Assembly: GCF_001194135.2 (NCBI RefSeq)
Contig: NC_068984.1
Span: forward strand, 83,311,941-83,365,585
DNA length: 53,645 bases
Reading direction: 5' to 3'
Source: Octopus bimaculoides
Taxonomy: Eukaryota
Shown piece after piece: positions 1-12,790 of the stretch (position 1 is the first letter of the stretch; every line of letters begins with the position of its first letter). The notes below the pieces were generated by a model. It did no database searches. It was given only the letters and a program-made list of their open reading frames with translations, and was not told the DNA's origin. The translations under genes were made by a program, and so were the position numbers.

Positions 1-39
<39 letters not shown>

Positions 40-822
40 ATAGACAGGCTAATACCTTATCACTGAGGAATGATTATGGAAGAAGTATACAGAGATTCGT
101 ACGTGTGTGGATGTGTTTGTGTCTCCTACTCCCGCCTGCTCGTGAGCGCGCGTGTCTATTTGCATTGAAAACACGATTATGGTTTATTTTTATGCTTTTG
201 AATAACGCGTTTTCTACAAAATTCCATTCAAGAATAGAAGTATGAAGCAATACTCATAGCACAGCAAAAAAAAAAAAAAGATTAGGGTGTATAGAAAACA
301 AAGAAAAACAGTAGAATAAGCTTGCACTGTCTCAAACGAAAATAAATACCTGATTGATGACATAAATATCTAATTGTCAAAATTTAGAACCCGGTGGTAA
401 TGTCTACATCAATCACATGGACCATACGTGCCGTAAAGAGAAAATAATATTTACTTCGACCTGATGATGTGTCTCTGACACTCTAGAAATGCTGATTATG
501 GGTTTTGGAAAGTCGTACGAAAATATGAAAATTCTTGCAAAAACAGATAAATTCACTTGTGTATTTGATACACCATGTCTAAAAGAATCTAAAAGAATCA
601 GGCAACACTCTATAAGATTTCTAACTTTGTCATAGATATCAATATTGTAGTAATTTTCATAATGACTCTAAATGAAGAGTTTTCGTATCAGTAACAGCTA
701 ACAACGTTCTTGGCTGCTCTTGGAGGTATACGATTTCCTCAGTTCTAAAATGCTATTTTTAAGTGTGATAAGGCGTGACGTGATTTTGTGACTTAGTATA
801 TATCTCTCTTTTTCTCTATCGG

Positions 823-893
<71 letters not shown>
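823..893. repeat. (GATA)n microsatellite
   Basis: Perfect tagata/gata tandem array read directly. Confidence 0.98.
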
Positions 894-1165
894 CGTGGCT
901 TAGTGGTTAGGATCTCGATCACGAGATAGTGGTTCGATAACCTGATCGGTGGTGCATAGTGTTTTTGAGTAAAGCACTTCATTCTATATAGTGGAAGGTC
1001 TTTCAGCTGCAAATGAGTAACCCTGCAACGAACTGGCATTCTGTTCAAAGGACATGTTCGCCTGCTCCGTCTAGCCGGTGGGATATCTTATTCGTAAGCT
1101 AAAACATTACGAACCGTATGGTGACCATCAATGTATAACAACACCCAGTAGTCTGGTCGATACCG
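893..1165 (+). mobile_element. Degenerate tRNA-head SINE, family B
   Basis: A-box-like gcgtggcttagtggttag and B-box-like gtggttcgat. Core ttgagtaaagcactt...cagctgcaaatgagtaa is shared with copies at 3668, 45408 and 52875. Confidence 0.7.
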
Positions 1166-1178
1166 TTATACCGTGATA

Positions 1179-1240
<62 letters not shown>

Positions 1241-1479
1241 AGAGAAAGAGAGAGAGTGTGTGTGTGTACGCGCGCGCGCATATTTGCATTTATTGTGTTT
1301 GTATGCTTGCCGATNNNNNNNNNNNNNNNNNNNNNNNNNNNNNNNNNNNNNNNNNNNNNNNNNNNNNNNNNNNNNNNNNNNNNNNNNNNNNNNNNNNNNN
1401 NNNNNNNNNNNNNNNNNNNNNNNNNNNNNNNNNNNNNNNNNNNNNNNNNNNNNNNNNNNNNNNNTATATATATATATAT

Positions 1480-1668
1480 TAGGACGAATTCTTTTACAAG
1501 AATTTATCAAGTAGCTAGCGTGAAAAAAACCTCATAAGGGAAAAAATCCATCATTTATTCCCGAAATATATATTTATATTTATATAAGGGCATTACTATA
1601 TAATAACGCCTCACGCCATGAGGGACTCTAAGGTCAGACTACTATAAAAAAGCATATTTTTACCGAAT
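1480..1668 (+). mobile_element. Unclassified interspersed repeat (leader plus left arm of the palindromic family), truncated by a SINE
   Basis: Aligns by eye with 39251-39445: aagaatttatcaagta..agcgtgaaaaaacctcataagg...ataagggcattactatataataa.gcctcac...tttttaccga. Confidence 0.8.
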
Positions 1669-1671
1669 TCG

Positions 1672-1830
1672 CATTTATTCAGTCTCCGTCAACCAAATCC
1701 ACTCACAAGCTTTGGTTGGCCCAGGTCTATAATAGAAGACATTTGCCCAACGTGATACGCAGTGGGACTGAATCTGGAACTGGAACTATGTAGTATGGAA
1801 GCAAACTTCTTACCGCACAGCCATGCCTTG
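1672..1830 (-). mobile_element. SINE family A, 5' head fragment
   Basis: Reverse complement of the head at 17426: ccaaatccactcacaag...agaagacatttgcccaa...gcagtgggactgaa...accgcacagcca. Confidence 0.85.
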
Positions 1831-2495
1831 ATGCAATGCAAATCAGATTTTAAAAAGATTTTTTCTGATGTCTGCGCTGCGACATTATTTCATATCTCTT
1901 ATTATGCATATTTATTGGGAAGTTTTGTTGTATTTTCTGCTGTACATAGAAGACACATCACAGAACAATTTACGTAAAGGATTGCACTGTTTATTATTAC
2001 CCAATATATATTTGTATTTCTCTGTCCTTTTCTTTCTCACCCTTCTCTCTTTCTCTCTCTCTTTCCCTCTATATGCACTCACACACACACACACATACAC
2101 ACATATGCACACAAATATATGCACATATATATACACAATATATTGATATACCTATATAGATATACATATGTGTGTGAGAGAGAAAGAGAGAGAGTGTGTG
2201 TGTGTGCGTGTGCGCGCGCAATTTGGGGCTATATATGTTGTAGTCATAGTAGTTATACATTTGTATGAAGCTGATTGATCACTCCATCGTTATTCGAGTT
2301 TCTTGTTATATGTAAGAAAACAAAAAGATGAGACATACACATAAATGAGTTTATTTACGTGTATGTATCTATTGCATGTGTGTCTATGTGCATGTGTGTG
2401 TGTGTGTGTATGTGCATGTGTGTGTGTGTTTGCATGTATGTGGTGTGTGTGTGTGTATTTATGAAAGACTAAAAACAAGGGGTAGATTGGAACAC

Positions 2496-2496
<1 letters not shown>

Positions 2497-2555
<59 letters not shown>
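2497..2555. repeat. (GATA)n microsatellite
   Basis: Direct reading. Confidence 0.97.
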
Positions 2556-2556
<1 letters not shown>

Positions 2557-3600
2557 CAGAGGCGGGGACGAGAAATGGGGGTAGTTATCTGAGCAGAAAT
2601 ATCGATAAGCAGTTAGGTAGGAAGATAGGTGGGTGGTTTTTAAAACATACGATTTCAGTAAACCGTTTTTGATATTTTTTTAGCATTACACATAAATACA
2701 CATACACATAAAGAAATACATCTGCACACATATGCCCGCACAAACACACACACCGGTATATGCATATATTTACGTATGTGTATGTTTATATACACAAGCG
2801 CATACACACACTGAGATATACTCACACGTATCTATAATATGAATAATTTTTTTTTTTTACATATAACGAATAAGTATTAACTGAATACAATGCATAAGTA
2901 TAGATTTTTTAACCTCCTAAATCTTTATTCTATAAATTTATTTACCAAATATGCTGTATGATATAAAATTTCATTGGTTTTGTTCTTCTATTCTTATATA
3001 TTTTACTTTTTTGCTTCTTTTCATCTTTTTTTTGTCTTTTATTGTTTATATTATCAGACAAAAACAACAACAGCAACAACAATATAACAATCTTGCTTTC
3101 TTTGTAAAGAGGAAAAAGCCGTTCGTATTTAGCATTGTTTTTTATAACTAATAATGAAGAATATATATATATATGCATATATAATAGATATATACATATA
3201 TAATATATATGTACATTATAAATATATACATATATATTATATATATATATTATAAATATATATATATTATATACTATAAATATATTCATACGCATATACG
3301 TATGTACATACATGACTATATAAACAAACATAGATGCATGTATGCATATATACTTCAATGCTAATATGCATGCATACAAAAGTTCATACATACATACATA
3401 CATACATATATTTACTTGGTCTCAGATGAAGAAACCTGATCTCAGATGAAATTACTTCCCACCAAATGATTATACCCCAGTAATACAAATCACAAACGGC
3501 CAAGGCTCTTACTAAGGTTTACCGACCTTAACACCTGTTAGTTACGTGCCCTTCCTCGATGTGAATATGCGTATATATATATATATATATATATAAACAC

Positions 3601-3667
<67 letters not shown>

Positions 3668-3670
<3 letters not shown>

Positions 3671-3905
3671 GTGCGTGGATCAGTTAGCTTTTGGATTCAT
3701 GATTGTAAGATTGTAGTTTCTATTCTCTTACAGGGTGGCATGTTGTGTTCTTAAGCTAAACACTTGATTTCACGTTGCTCCAGTCTACTCACCTAGCAAA
3801 AATGAGTAATCCTGCGAAAGATTGGCGTCCTATCCAGGAGGTAATATATGCACCACTGAGACCGGCAAACCGGCCATATGAGTCTACATGACTCGTGAAG
3901 GATCG
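3668..3905 (+). mobile_element. Degenerate tRNA-head SINE, family B
   Basis: Core gttgtgttcttaagctaaacacttgatttcacgttgctccagtctactca...aaaatgagtaa is shared with 52875-53158 and 45408-45618. Confidence 0.75.
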
Positions 3906-3995
3906 TTTATTTATATATGCATATACACATTGAAAATATAAAAATAACACGAGGATGGAGGATATTAGGCTTTATTCTTAATTTAATCTTATGTC

Positions 3996-4122
3996 CCAAC
4001 CACATTGTTCCGGGTTCAATCCCACTGCGTGGCACCTTAACCAAGTTCTTCTGCTCAAGCCTCGGGTCGACCAAACCCTTGTGAGTGGATTTGGTAGACG
4101 GAAACTGGAAGAAGCCCGTCGT
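3996..4122 (+). mobile_element. SINE family A, head fragment running into (TA)n and a gap
   Basis: ccgggttcaatcccactgcgtggcacctt...cttgtgagtggatttggtagacggaaactggaagaagcccgtcgta matches 17426-17578. Confidence 0.9.
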
Positions 4123-4124
4123 AG

Positions 4125-4157
<33 letters not shown>

Positions 4158-5394
4158 TATNNNNNNNNNNNNNNNNNNNNNNNNNNNNNNNNNNNNNNNN
4201 NNNNNNNNNNNNNNNNNNNNNNNNNNNNNNNNNNNNNNNNNNNNNNNNNNNNNNNNNNNNNNNNNNNNNNNNNNNNNNNNNNNNNNNNNNNNNNNNNNNN
4301 NNNNNNNNNNNNNNNNNNNNNNNNNNNNNNNNNNNNNNNNNNNNNNNNNNNNNNNNNNNNNNNNNNNNNNNNNNNNNNNNNNNNNNNNNNNNNNNNNNNN
4401 NNNNNNNNNNNNNNNNNNNNNNNNNNNNNNNNNNNNNNNNNNNNNNNNNNNNNNNNNNNNNNNNNNNNNNNNNNNNNNNNNNNNNNNNNNNNNNNNNNNN
4501 NNNNNNNNNNNNNNNNNNNNNNNNNNNNNNNNNNNNNNNNNNNNNNNNNNNNNNNNNNNNNNNNNNNNNNNNNNNNNNNNNNNNNNNNNNNNNNNNNNNN
4601 NNNNNNNNNNNNNNNNNNNNNNNNNNNNNNNNNNNNNNNNNNNNNNNNNNNNNNNNNNNNNNNNNNNNNNNNNNNNNNNNNNNNNNNNNNNNNNNNNNNN
4701 NNNNNNNNNNNNNNNNNNNNNNNNNNNNNNNNNNNNNNNNNNNNNNNNNNNNNNNNNNNNNNNNNNNNNNNNNNNNNNNNNNNNNNNNNNNNNNNNNNNN
4801 NNNNNNNNNNNNNNNTATATATATATATATATATATATGCAAATTATCAGAAAATAGAGAAAACCTCAGATTAACAAACACATCGATTGGATCACATTTA
4901 TAGCTTATTTATGATACAAAGCATGACATAACAAAATAGGTGACGTAACATATCTTACGGCCGTTTCCGAACGGTTACCAAAATGCTGTCTATAAATAAA
5001 TACAAGAATAAAGTTCTTTATCTTCACAGGGCATTCGAATTAAGGCAACAGAGCTTCATCAAAGTAAAAGACAAGAGCATACAATATAAACAAATGGAAG
5101 AAGAAAAAGGAAAGAAAACCTTGCCTAGACAAAAAGTCTAGAAGATCAATAGTTTGAAAGCATATAATTCACCATCAAGGGGCTACAGGATCCGTAGATA
5201 AAAGAGTGAGCTAGTAATGGTCTAAGGAATACTATCAATTTATTAACGGGTAGGTGCAATTTGAAGGTGGATGCAGGATGTTTAATAAATGTTATCAAGA
5301 AAATGTATATAAGGAAAATACTAACATGATTATCAAAGGGCGTATGTGCATGCGTGTGTTTGTATATATATATATATATATATATGTACACACT

Positions 5395-5436
<42 letters not shown>

Positions 5437-5619
5437 GGGAGCGGTGAATAAATTGTCGTCTAAATTATGCAAAAATGAAAATGACACTGACATCTCATTT
5501 TAACAGATACTTTTACCAAAATTGCATAAAATACTAAAGAGTAAATTCGTTCAATAAAATCGCCATTGGCTTCAACCACATTGTTGTTGTTATTTATAAT
5601 GTTTTTGTTATTGTCGTTT

Positions 5620-5790
5620 AAGTTCTAGGCTATTCCTGTTTCACCAGACCTATGATCAAAAGTATTGCAATCGAAAGCATCCTAACATTGTTATTTTTCA
5701 GCTAAGACGATAGGGTGTGATAACGAGAGATTTGGCTGCTATTTCAAGCAATTTGAGTGGTGACGTTGAGGCTCCCTCATTCGCTTGTTT
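5620..5790 (+). mobile_element. Unclassified interspersed repeat, family D
   Basis: Motifs cctatgatcaaa and agatttggctgctatt. Related decayed pieces at about 8940-9000, 9225-9300, 26575-26690(-), 38830-38915, 43790-43875(-), 47520-47600(-), 49350-49430(-), 50055-50230(-) and 51190-51270. Confidence 0.6.
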
Positions 5791-6180
5791 TTGAACCTGT
5801 TGTTGTTGAACTTATTGCAGCAGCTAGCGTTGTCGTTATTGTTGTTGGTGTTCCTGCTGCAGTTGTTATTACAATTGTTTCGGTGCTGTTGCTGTTAAAT
5901 GCTGTTGCTGATGTTGTTAATGCCATGGAGCTTATTATTGTTGCAACTTTTGTTGTGGTTATTGCTAGCGTTGCAGTTGCCGTTCTTATTGCTTTAGTGT
6001 TGCTATTCTTGCTAATGTTATTGTTTCTCAATTCCTTGTCGTTGTAATCTATTGCTTTGTTGTTGTTACTGTTGTTCTTCCTATTGTTTTTGGTGTTGGT
6101 ACTCAAGTTGTTGCTAGTGCTGTTGTTGTAGTTGTAATCGTTGTTTTTGTTGTTGTTGTTGTTGCGCTGTTGCTGTTGTT
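5790..6180. repeat. Degenerate (GTT/GCT)n low-complexity tract
   Basis: Imperfect gtt/gct/att triplets. Explains the Val/Ala/Leu and Thr/Asn ORFs at 5757-6106. Confidence 0.9.
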
Positions 6181-6856
6181 ACACGTGATAGTAATGACAT
6201 CAAAGATTAATGACCAAAATGCATCAGAAGCAAATTGGTAGACACTAGATCTCTCAGACCAGATGACTTCGACATCTAAAGGTCACACTGCTTCATCGCG
6301 AGCGAGTATTTTATGTTGGTAACCATGGTAATAAAACTAAATATTATTAATGGTACCGAAATGACCTTGACTTTTCCGTCTACATGTATATATGAGTAAA
6401 GCATATGTATGTAAATATGTTTATATAAATATGCGCATGTGTGTTGCGTACGTATCCCTTTATGCATATACACATGTATACGTGTATATATATATATACA
6501 TACATATATATTGATATATATATGTANNNNNNNNNNNNNNNNNNTATATATATATGTATGTATATATATATTGCAATACTTTTGATATATATATATATAT
6601 TCCCCATATGCATACACACTGACATACACATACACGTAGATATACACATATGTATGTGTGTGCGAATGTGTATTTACATGCAGATGTCGATATACATAGA
6701 CGCAAATACACACACACACACACACGCATGTGTGTGTCTGTGTATGTATCAACTCGAGTTGTGAGAAAAACTTTCACTTTCAAAAAAGCATACGCTCTAC
6801 CACCTATATTGGGGACTCTTATCTCATTTGTTCCACATAAAGCAACATACGAATAC

Positions 6857-6945
<89 letters not shown>

Positions 6946-7339
6946 TATACATACATTAGTTAATGAGTCCTTCGTTTTGAAAGGTGGAAGGGCGTGATTC
7001 GATGGAGAACTGGCTTTTATTGCTAAAGGTCAAGTGATCTCGTAATGTAATGGTAGGAACCCCTTCAAAGTTCTTTAAAACACCATATGAAGGAAGATTG
7101 TTAAAGTTTTAAAACCAAAGTAGTAATTTAATGCATGTTGCTTTCAACAACCCGTAAGGCATAATCAACAATCTTTTAACTGTAATATTTGTCTTGTAAC
7201 GTTAATCACGCGTTGAAATAAGTGCAAATTGAATATCAAATAGTCACAACATTAGTACAGGCAATCAGAATACAGCATTTAGTAGTTCATTTGCCTAATT
7301 TTATTAAAGATTTTAAATCAATATTTTCATTTGCATTGC

Positions 7340-7419
7340 AGTTGCTAGTATTAATAAAAATTAAAAAAAAGATTTTCCACCAATAGTACTTTCTTCGATT
7401 AGACGTAAATGGAAATCTT

Positions 7420-7502
<83 letters not shown>

Positions 7503-8720
7503 GCGTGTATGTGTGTGTGTGTATGTGTGCATGCATGTGTATGCGTTATTTCTAATGTTTTGGAAGTAGGTTTTAAAAAGTATGATCTTAGACGTCCTTA
7601 TTTGACGAGCATTAATACGAAAAAAGACTATGCGTTTCGACAAGCAAGTATTTTTATTCTTAAGAATTTTTATGCAAAAATTCAATCTGTTTTCAAACAC
7701 TATATTAATTCATATTCTAAGCAAGTTATGACGTGTGTGAGCCAATCGCAAAGAAAGTGAAACCATACAGATCGAAGGCAAATTTCATAAAGAATATAAA
7801 ATTACTTCTAGGCAAATTTTAACTACAGTAGAAGTCAGATTATTTTGAGATTATTAATTTATCATGAAAGGCACTCTTTGATCGAATAAAGAAGGGATTA
7901 ACGATTTCTCTGAAACAATAAGGTCAGGAATTGTGTTTTATTGGACGGCAGTGGATTTAACAACAAATAGTAAATATATTTGAACTCGCACTGGAAATAT
8001 GGATGTTTTGTTCAACATCCTTTAAAAAAACTCATTCGAGTACCTTTTGAGCAGAATGGGCTACTCGACCTAAAGAAAAATTATAGTAAATAGAGTATAG
8101 TCTTCTTTACTTGTACGTGGGAAGAGGACACATTTTTCAAAACATGAACATTTAATCGGCATAAAATTGATGCATGGGGACTTCAGGAAGTGAAGATCAT
8201 TTTTATTGAGTTCAAATGATGAATAGTGATTTAGATTTACCCTTTGAAAAACTTAGATTGTATTGTTACGGACATTGTGTTTTATGTACTATGATCTATC
8301 GAATAACTTGTTGCTTTGAACAAGAAACAGCTGAAGAACTGTCAACAAGAATTTAGAAGTGTGTTAACAAAATCTAAGCGTTCATTTTCTAAAAAGAACA
8401 ATACGAGAAAATTGCTAGCAAAAGGGATCGATTTATAAAAAGATATTATAAAGGGTTAAACAGCAGGTAATTTAAAGAAATACTGAAGGACATCGAAATG
8501 GAATGTGGTGATTTATAGCAGCGTTGTTGTAATGCTCTCTAGCTAAGCAAATGCACTCATGCTCAAGAACTTCAATGTGCTAAAAGATTCAGTGAATCTC
8601 TTCATGAGTGTTAAAAGAATGGTTATGTGATTGGCATTTTTGGTCGATATCACTAGCCACTTAAGTGATTTATGAGTGAGCTTGGAGTGAATTTCTAACG
8701 TTACAAATAACTAATTCTGA
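7340..8720 (+). pseudogene. Decayed hAT (Charlie/SPIN/GTF2IRD2-like) transposase
   Basis: Colinear fragments across stops and frameshifts: CVISNVLEVGFKKYDLRRPY (7542; cf. CLIC...KEYNLRRHY zinc finger), IAKKVKPY (7745), LLDGS (about 7938; cf. LDES), LDCIVTD (about 8250), KGLNSR*FKEILKDIEMECGDL (8450), LAFLVDITSHLSDL (8631). Confidence 0.85.
7977..8082 (+). mobile_element. 106-bp insert inside the hAT remnant, copy of an internal part of the 20712-21255 repeat
   Basis: About 95 bp near-identical to 20969-21065. Flanked by direct repeats atagtaaata at 7967-7976 and 8083-8092. Confidence 0.85.
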
Positions 8721-9006
8721 TTAAGCTAAACGATATGGACCAGCGATTGTGAGACTATGACACGCATGTTGGTACACACACGTACACACACACATACACA
8801 CACATACACACACACACTCACACACATTTATATATAACCATAGGCTCCAATGCAGTCTTAATTCTTCTTCAATGATATCAACAGTTTCTCCGCTTGTGTC
8901 ACAAAAACTCGATCGATGGTTCGTTTAACGGTGTTTAGGTTATTATTGATCTATGATGAAAGGCATTCCAGCCATGACCATCTCATCTTTTTAGGAATTT
9001 ACATAA

Positions 9007-9165
9007 TTCTTTTCTACACTCGGCACAAGACCCGAAATTTGGGGGGAGGGGGCCAATCAATTAGATCGACCCCAGTAAGCAACTGGTACTTAATTTATCG
9101 ACCCCCGAAAGGATGAAAGGTAAAATCGACCACGGCGGAATTTGAACTCAGAACGTAAAGACAGG
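9007..9165 (-). mobile_element. SINE family C (Meta-domain-like core)
   Basis: atcgacccccgaaaggatgaaaggtaaaatcgaccacggcggaatttgaactcagaacgtaaagac, the reverse of the core at 38294. The Meta-domain resemblance is from recall. Confidence 0.85.
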
Positions 9166-9594
9166 AATCTACATAATTACTTTATTTAATGTGTCTTGTC
9201 TTTATATAAGATGATATGGTATGCTATGAGAAAGATTTAGTTGCTATTTGCAGTTGATCGAATGGTAACATAAAGGATACCAAGTTAACTCGTTTATTCG
9301 GAGCTCGGTCGATAGGTACTTGGTTCATCTGGGAAACTGGCACAATGGCTGACCCCTAGATCTTTCTTGCAACGTGGAATGAGAATCACAAAATGTAGTT
9401 TCGTCTTTCTCGGAACTTATCAAGCATCACTAACTCCAGCCTTTAGCTGTAGAACTTTATTCCCGCAAAATAAAATTACATAATAGTTCAAACGGCTCTA
9501 CATTAAATACTAGGGGATAAATGAAGCATCGGTTATGATTGAATATTTATTCGGAGTCATATATAACTTGTATGTATGTATGTAACATTCTATT

Positions 9595-9799
9595 TGTGTT
9601 TGTCTCCACTACCACTTCACAACCAGTGTGGGTTTGTTTACATCCCTATAAAGTAACGGTTTGGCAAAAGAGAACGATAGAATCAGTATCAGGCTTTAAA
9701 ATTGTAATTTTAGGTATTGATTTGTTCGACTAAACCATTCAGGAGGATGCCTCAGCATGACCGCAATCCAATGACCTGGAACAGGTAAAGGGTAAAAGA
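9595..9799 (+). mobile_element. SINE family A, 3' half
   Basis: ggcaaaagagaacgatagaatcagta...gatttgttcgactaa...cagcatgaccgca...aacaggtaaagggtaaaaga matches 17700-17920. Confidence 0.8.
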
Positions 9800-10281
9800 T
9801 GTGTGTTTGTATGTACGCACGTATGTGTATGCACATGCATGTATTCATATATATGTATATATACATACATACATATATATATACATACATATGTATATAT
9901 ANNNNNNNNNNNNNNNNNNNNNNNNNNNNNNNNNNNNNNNNNNNNNNNNNNNNNNNNNNNNNNNNNNNNNNNNNNNNNNNNNNNNNNNNNNNNNNNNNNN
10001 NNNNNNNNNNNNNNNNNNNNNNNNNNNNNNNNNNNNNNNNNNNNNNNNNNNNNNNNNNNNNNNNNNNNNNNNNNNNNNNNNNNNNNNNNNNNNNNNNNNN
10101 NNNNNNNNNNNNNNNNNNNNNNNNNNNNNNNNNNNNNNNNNNNNNNNNNNNNNNNNNNNNNNNNNNNNNNNNNNNNNNNNNNNNNNNNNNNNNNNNNNNN
10201 NNNNNNNNNNNNNNNNNNNNNNNNNNNNNNNNNNNNNNNNNNNNNNNNNNNNNNNNNNNNNNNNNNNNNNNNNNNTATATA

Positions 10282-10586
10282 TACGCGGGTAATCCCAAAA
10301 GTGAGCTCTACAAAGATATTTAGAAATCATAGAAACGTTTATTTTCAATGATGTTTACATCATTTTAAAGTTTGAACATTTATCTATTTTTCTACATAAT
10401 CGCCATTTCGGTCGATGCATTTTCGTAGGCGCTGTGGCAGTTTTGTATGCCCATGTCATACCAGCTCACTGCCATGTGGTTGAGGAAGCGTTGAACCTTG
10501 TCTTTCACCTCATCGTCGTTGCTGAAGAGCGTTCTGGCCAAATGTTCTTTCAACTTAGGATACCAAGTCCGTACTATAAGGTGGGT
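10282..10586 (-). pseudogene. Mariner (Tc1/mariner) transposase 3' fragment with one terminal inverted repeat
   Basis: Minus strand reads HPPYSTDLV..PKLKEHLARTLFSNDDEVKDKVQRFLNHMAVSWYDMGIQ(fs)LPQRLRKCIDRNGDYVEK* (stop 10384-10386), the canonical mariner C-terminus. TA plus TIR-like cgcgggtaatcccaaaagt at 10282-10302. Confidence 0.93.
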
Positions 10587-10589
10587 TGC

Positions 10590-10822
10590 CATACTATAAG
10601 GTGTGTGTGTGTGTGTCTGTGTTTGTACCCCCGCCATCACTTGAAAATTGATGCTGGGGTGTTTACGTTCCTCTAACTCAGCTGTTCGGCAAAAGAGACC
10701 GATAGAATAAGTACTAGGCTTACAAAGATTAAGTCCTGAGGCCGATTTGTTCGACTGAAGGCGATGCTCCAGCATAGCCGCAGTCAAATGACTGAAACAA
10801 GTAAAAGGATAAAGGAGTAAAA
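10590..10822 (+). mobile_element. SINE family A, 3' half, abutting the mariner fragment
   Basis: (TG)n, then gtttgtaccccc...cggcaaaagagaccgatagaataagtactaggcttacaaag...aatgactgaaacaagtaaaaggataaaggagtaaa. Confidence 0.92.
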
Positions 10823-11031
10823 ACAATATAGTATATATATAATTAGCTGTCAATTCATTACAGCTCTTTCCAACGAATTTTTTTAATTGCTAAATGGGTA
10901 CATTATATCATTATAAAAAACCGTTTTCTTTAAATGAGTACACGAACCAGAATATTAGGAACATTTAAAAACATTTTAAAATCCAAGGAAAGTGCATATT
11001 TAAGGAGTCACCGACCTTTGTTGATCACAGA

Positions 11032-11069
<38 letters not shown>

Positions 11070-11324
11070 TTTGTGTACATAAGTATATAGGTATACAGGT
11101 ATGTTTGCATGTATTGTCGCACATTGGTTTTAGTTGGATATATCGAACCCAGTAATGCGTCTGGTTTGTACTTAATCGCTTTTGTAACATGCGAAATTTC
11201 GAAGTGAACTACTAGCGTAAACCCACGGCTTCATTCAGATAAAAACAGATCAATTTTGTGATATCATGTTATATTGATTAATTGCATCAGACATGGAATA
11301 TATGTGTGTGCGCGCGCGCGTGTA

Positions 11325-11359
<35 letters not shown>

Positions 11360-12264
11360 ACGTGTGTGTGTGTATATATGTATGTATGTGTGTGTGTGTG
11401 TGTGTGTGTAGAAGAAGAAAAGACAATATTACATTGCTAATTAAATATTTTTTATTAAAAATATATATGCATATAGAACAATTGAACATGAAAGAAATGC
11501 TTTAATTAACAACAAATACATGCACGTTTAGGTACATATGCGCCTACGTCCGTGTGGGTGTAATGGGACTTCTCCTCCTACTCTCTCTCTCTCTCTCTCT
11601 TTCTCTTTATCAATCTATCCATGTCTCTGTATCAATACATGCATATCTCTCTATCTCTCTATCTCTCTATCTATCCATCTATATATATATATATATNNNN
11701 NNNNNNNNNNNNNNNNNNNNNNNNNNNNNNNNNNNNNNNNNNNNNNNNNNNNNNNNNNNNNNNNNNNNNNNNNNNNNNNNNNNNNNNNNNNNNNNNNNNN
11801 NNNNNNNNNNNNNNNNNNNNNNNNNNNNNNNNNNNNNNNNNNNNNNNNNNNNNNNNNNNNNNNNNNNNNNNNNNNNNNNNNNNNNNNNNNNNNNNNNNNN
11901 NNNNNNNNNNNNNNNNNNNNNNNNNNNNNNNNNNNNNNNNNNNNNNNNNNNNNNNNNNNNNNNNNNNNNNNNNNNNNNNNNNNNNNNNNNNNNNNNNNNN
12001 NNNNNNNNNNNNNNNNNNNNNNNNNNNNNNNNNNNNNNNNNNNNNNNNNNNNNNNNNNNNNNNNNNNNNNNNNNNNNNNNNNNNNNNNNNNNNNNNNNNN
12101 NNNNNNNNNNNNNNNNNNNNNNNNNNNNNNNNNNNNNNNNNNNNNNNNNNNNNNNNNNNNNNNNNNNNNNNNNNNNNNNNNNNNNNNNNNNNNNNNNNNN
12201 NNNNNNNNNATGTATATATATATATACATATATATTCATATATATATGCACGTATGTATGTATG

Positions 12265-12310
<46 letters not shown>

Positions 12311-12531
12311 AACAAGGATATGCATATCGGTGGTGGGCGTGTATGTGGTGCAATTAGATATAAAAATGTGTATTTTTACTGGCGCTGTTGTCGTTATTGC
12401 CGTTGTTTTTGTTTTCTCGTTTTGTTTCAATTTCTTGATATGCATGAAATTATTTTCATTAGAGTGGTGTATAAGAGAAACATAAATATACATAGGCAAT
12501 CAAAAATAAAATACACACTGACACATACATA

Positions 12532-12596
<65 letters not shown>

Positions 12597-12689
12597 ACAT
12601 TCACATACACTTTCACACAAAAGAGAAAGACATTTTTGTTGTTTAAAACGAGAAAAAATACAAGACAAAAGAATATCAAGCAACCAAAA

Positions 12690-12790
12690 CAAAATGTCCG
12701 CTGCGTGGCTAATCACGTATAAAGTCACGTGACATTCATTACGCAGCTTCCAACGTTGCGTTACGAGCTAGGCAGTAATCCTAAGAGCAA
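12690..12790. promoter_or_regulatory. Possible promoter-like CpG-rich patch with a palindromic E-box
   Basis: Perfect 10-bp palindrome GTCACGTGAC at 12724-12733 (USF/MiT-TFE class consensus), a second cacgt at 12714 and locally high CpG. No transcript evidence. Confidence 0.3.

Noticed and set aside
387-430. EPGGNVYINHMDHT, resembling a WW domain
   Set aside because: Lacks one aromatic residue and both tryptophans, and has no good donor.
461-510. Hammerhead-like CTGATGA...hairpin...GAAA (also 13864-13895)
   Set aside because: Stem II is not flush with the core, and stems I/III with an NUH site cannot be formed.
5757-6106. Hydrophobic, transmembrane-looking ORF and its Thr/Asn-rich antisense
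   Set aside because: Product of a degenerate (GTT)n tract. The same applies to 19831-20166, 21546-21898, 26751-27095 and 51274-51935.
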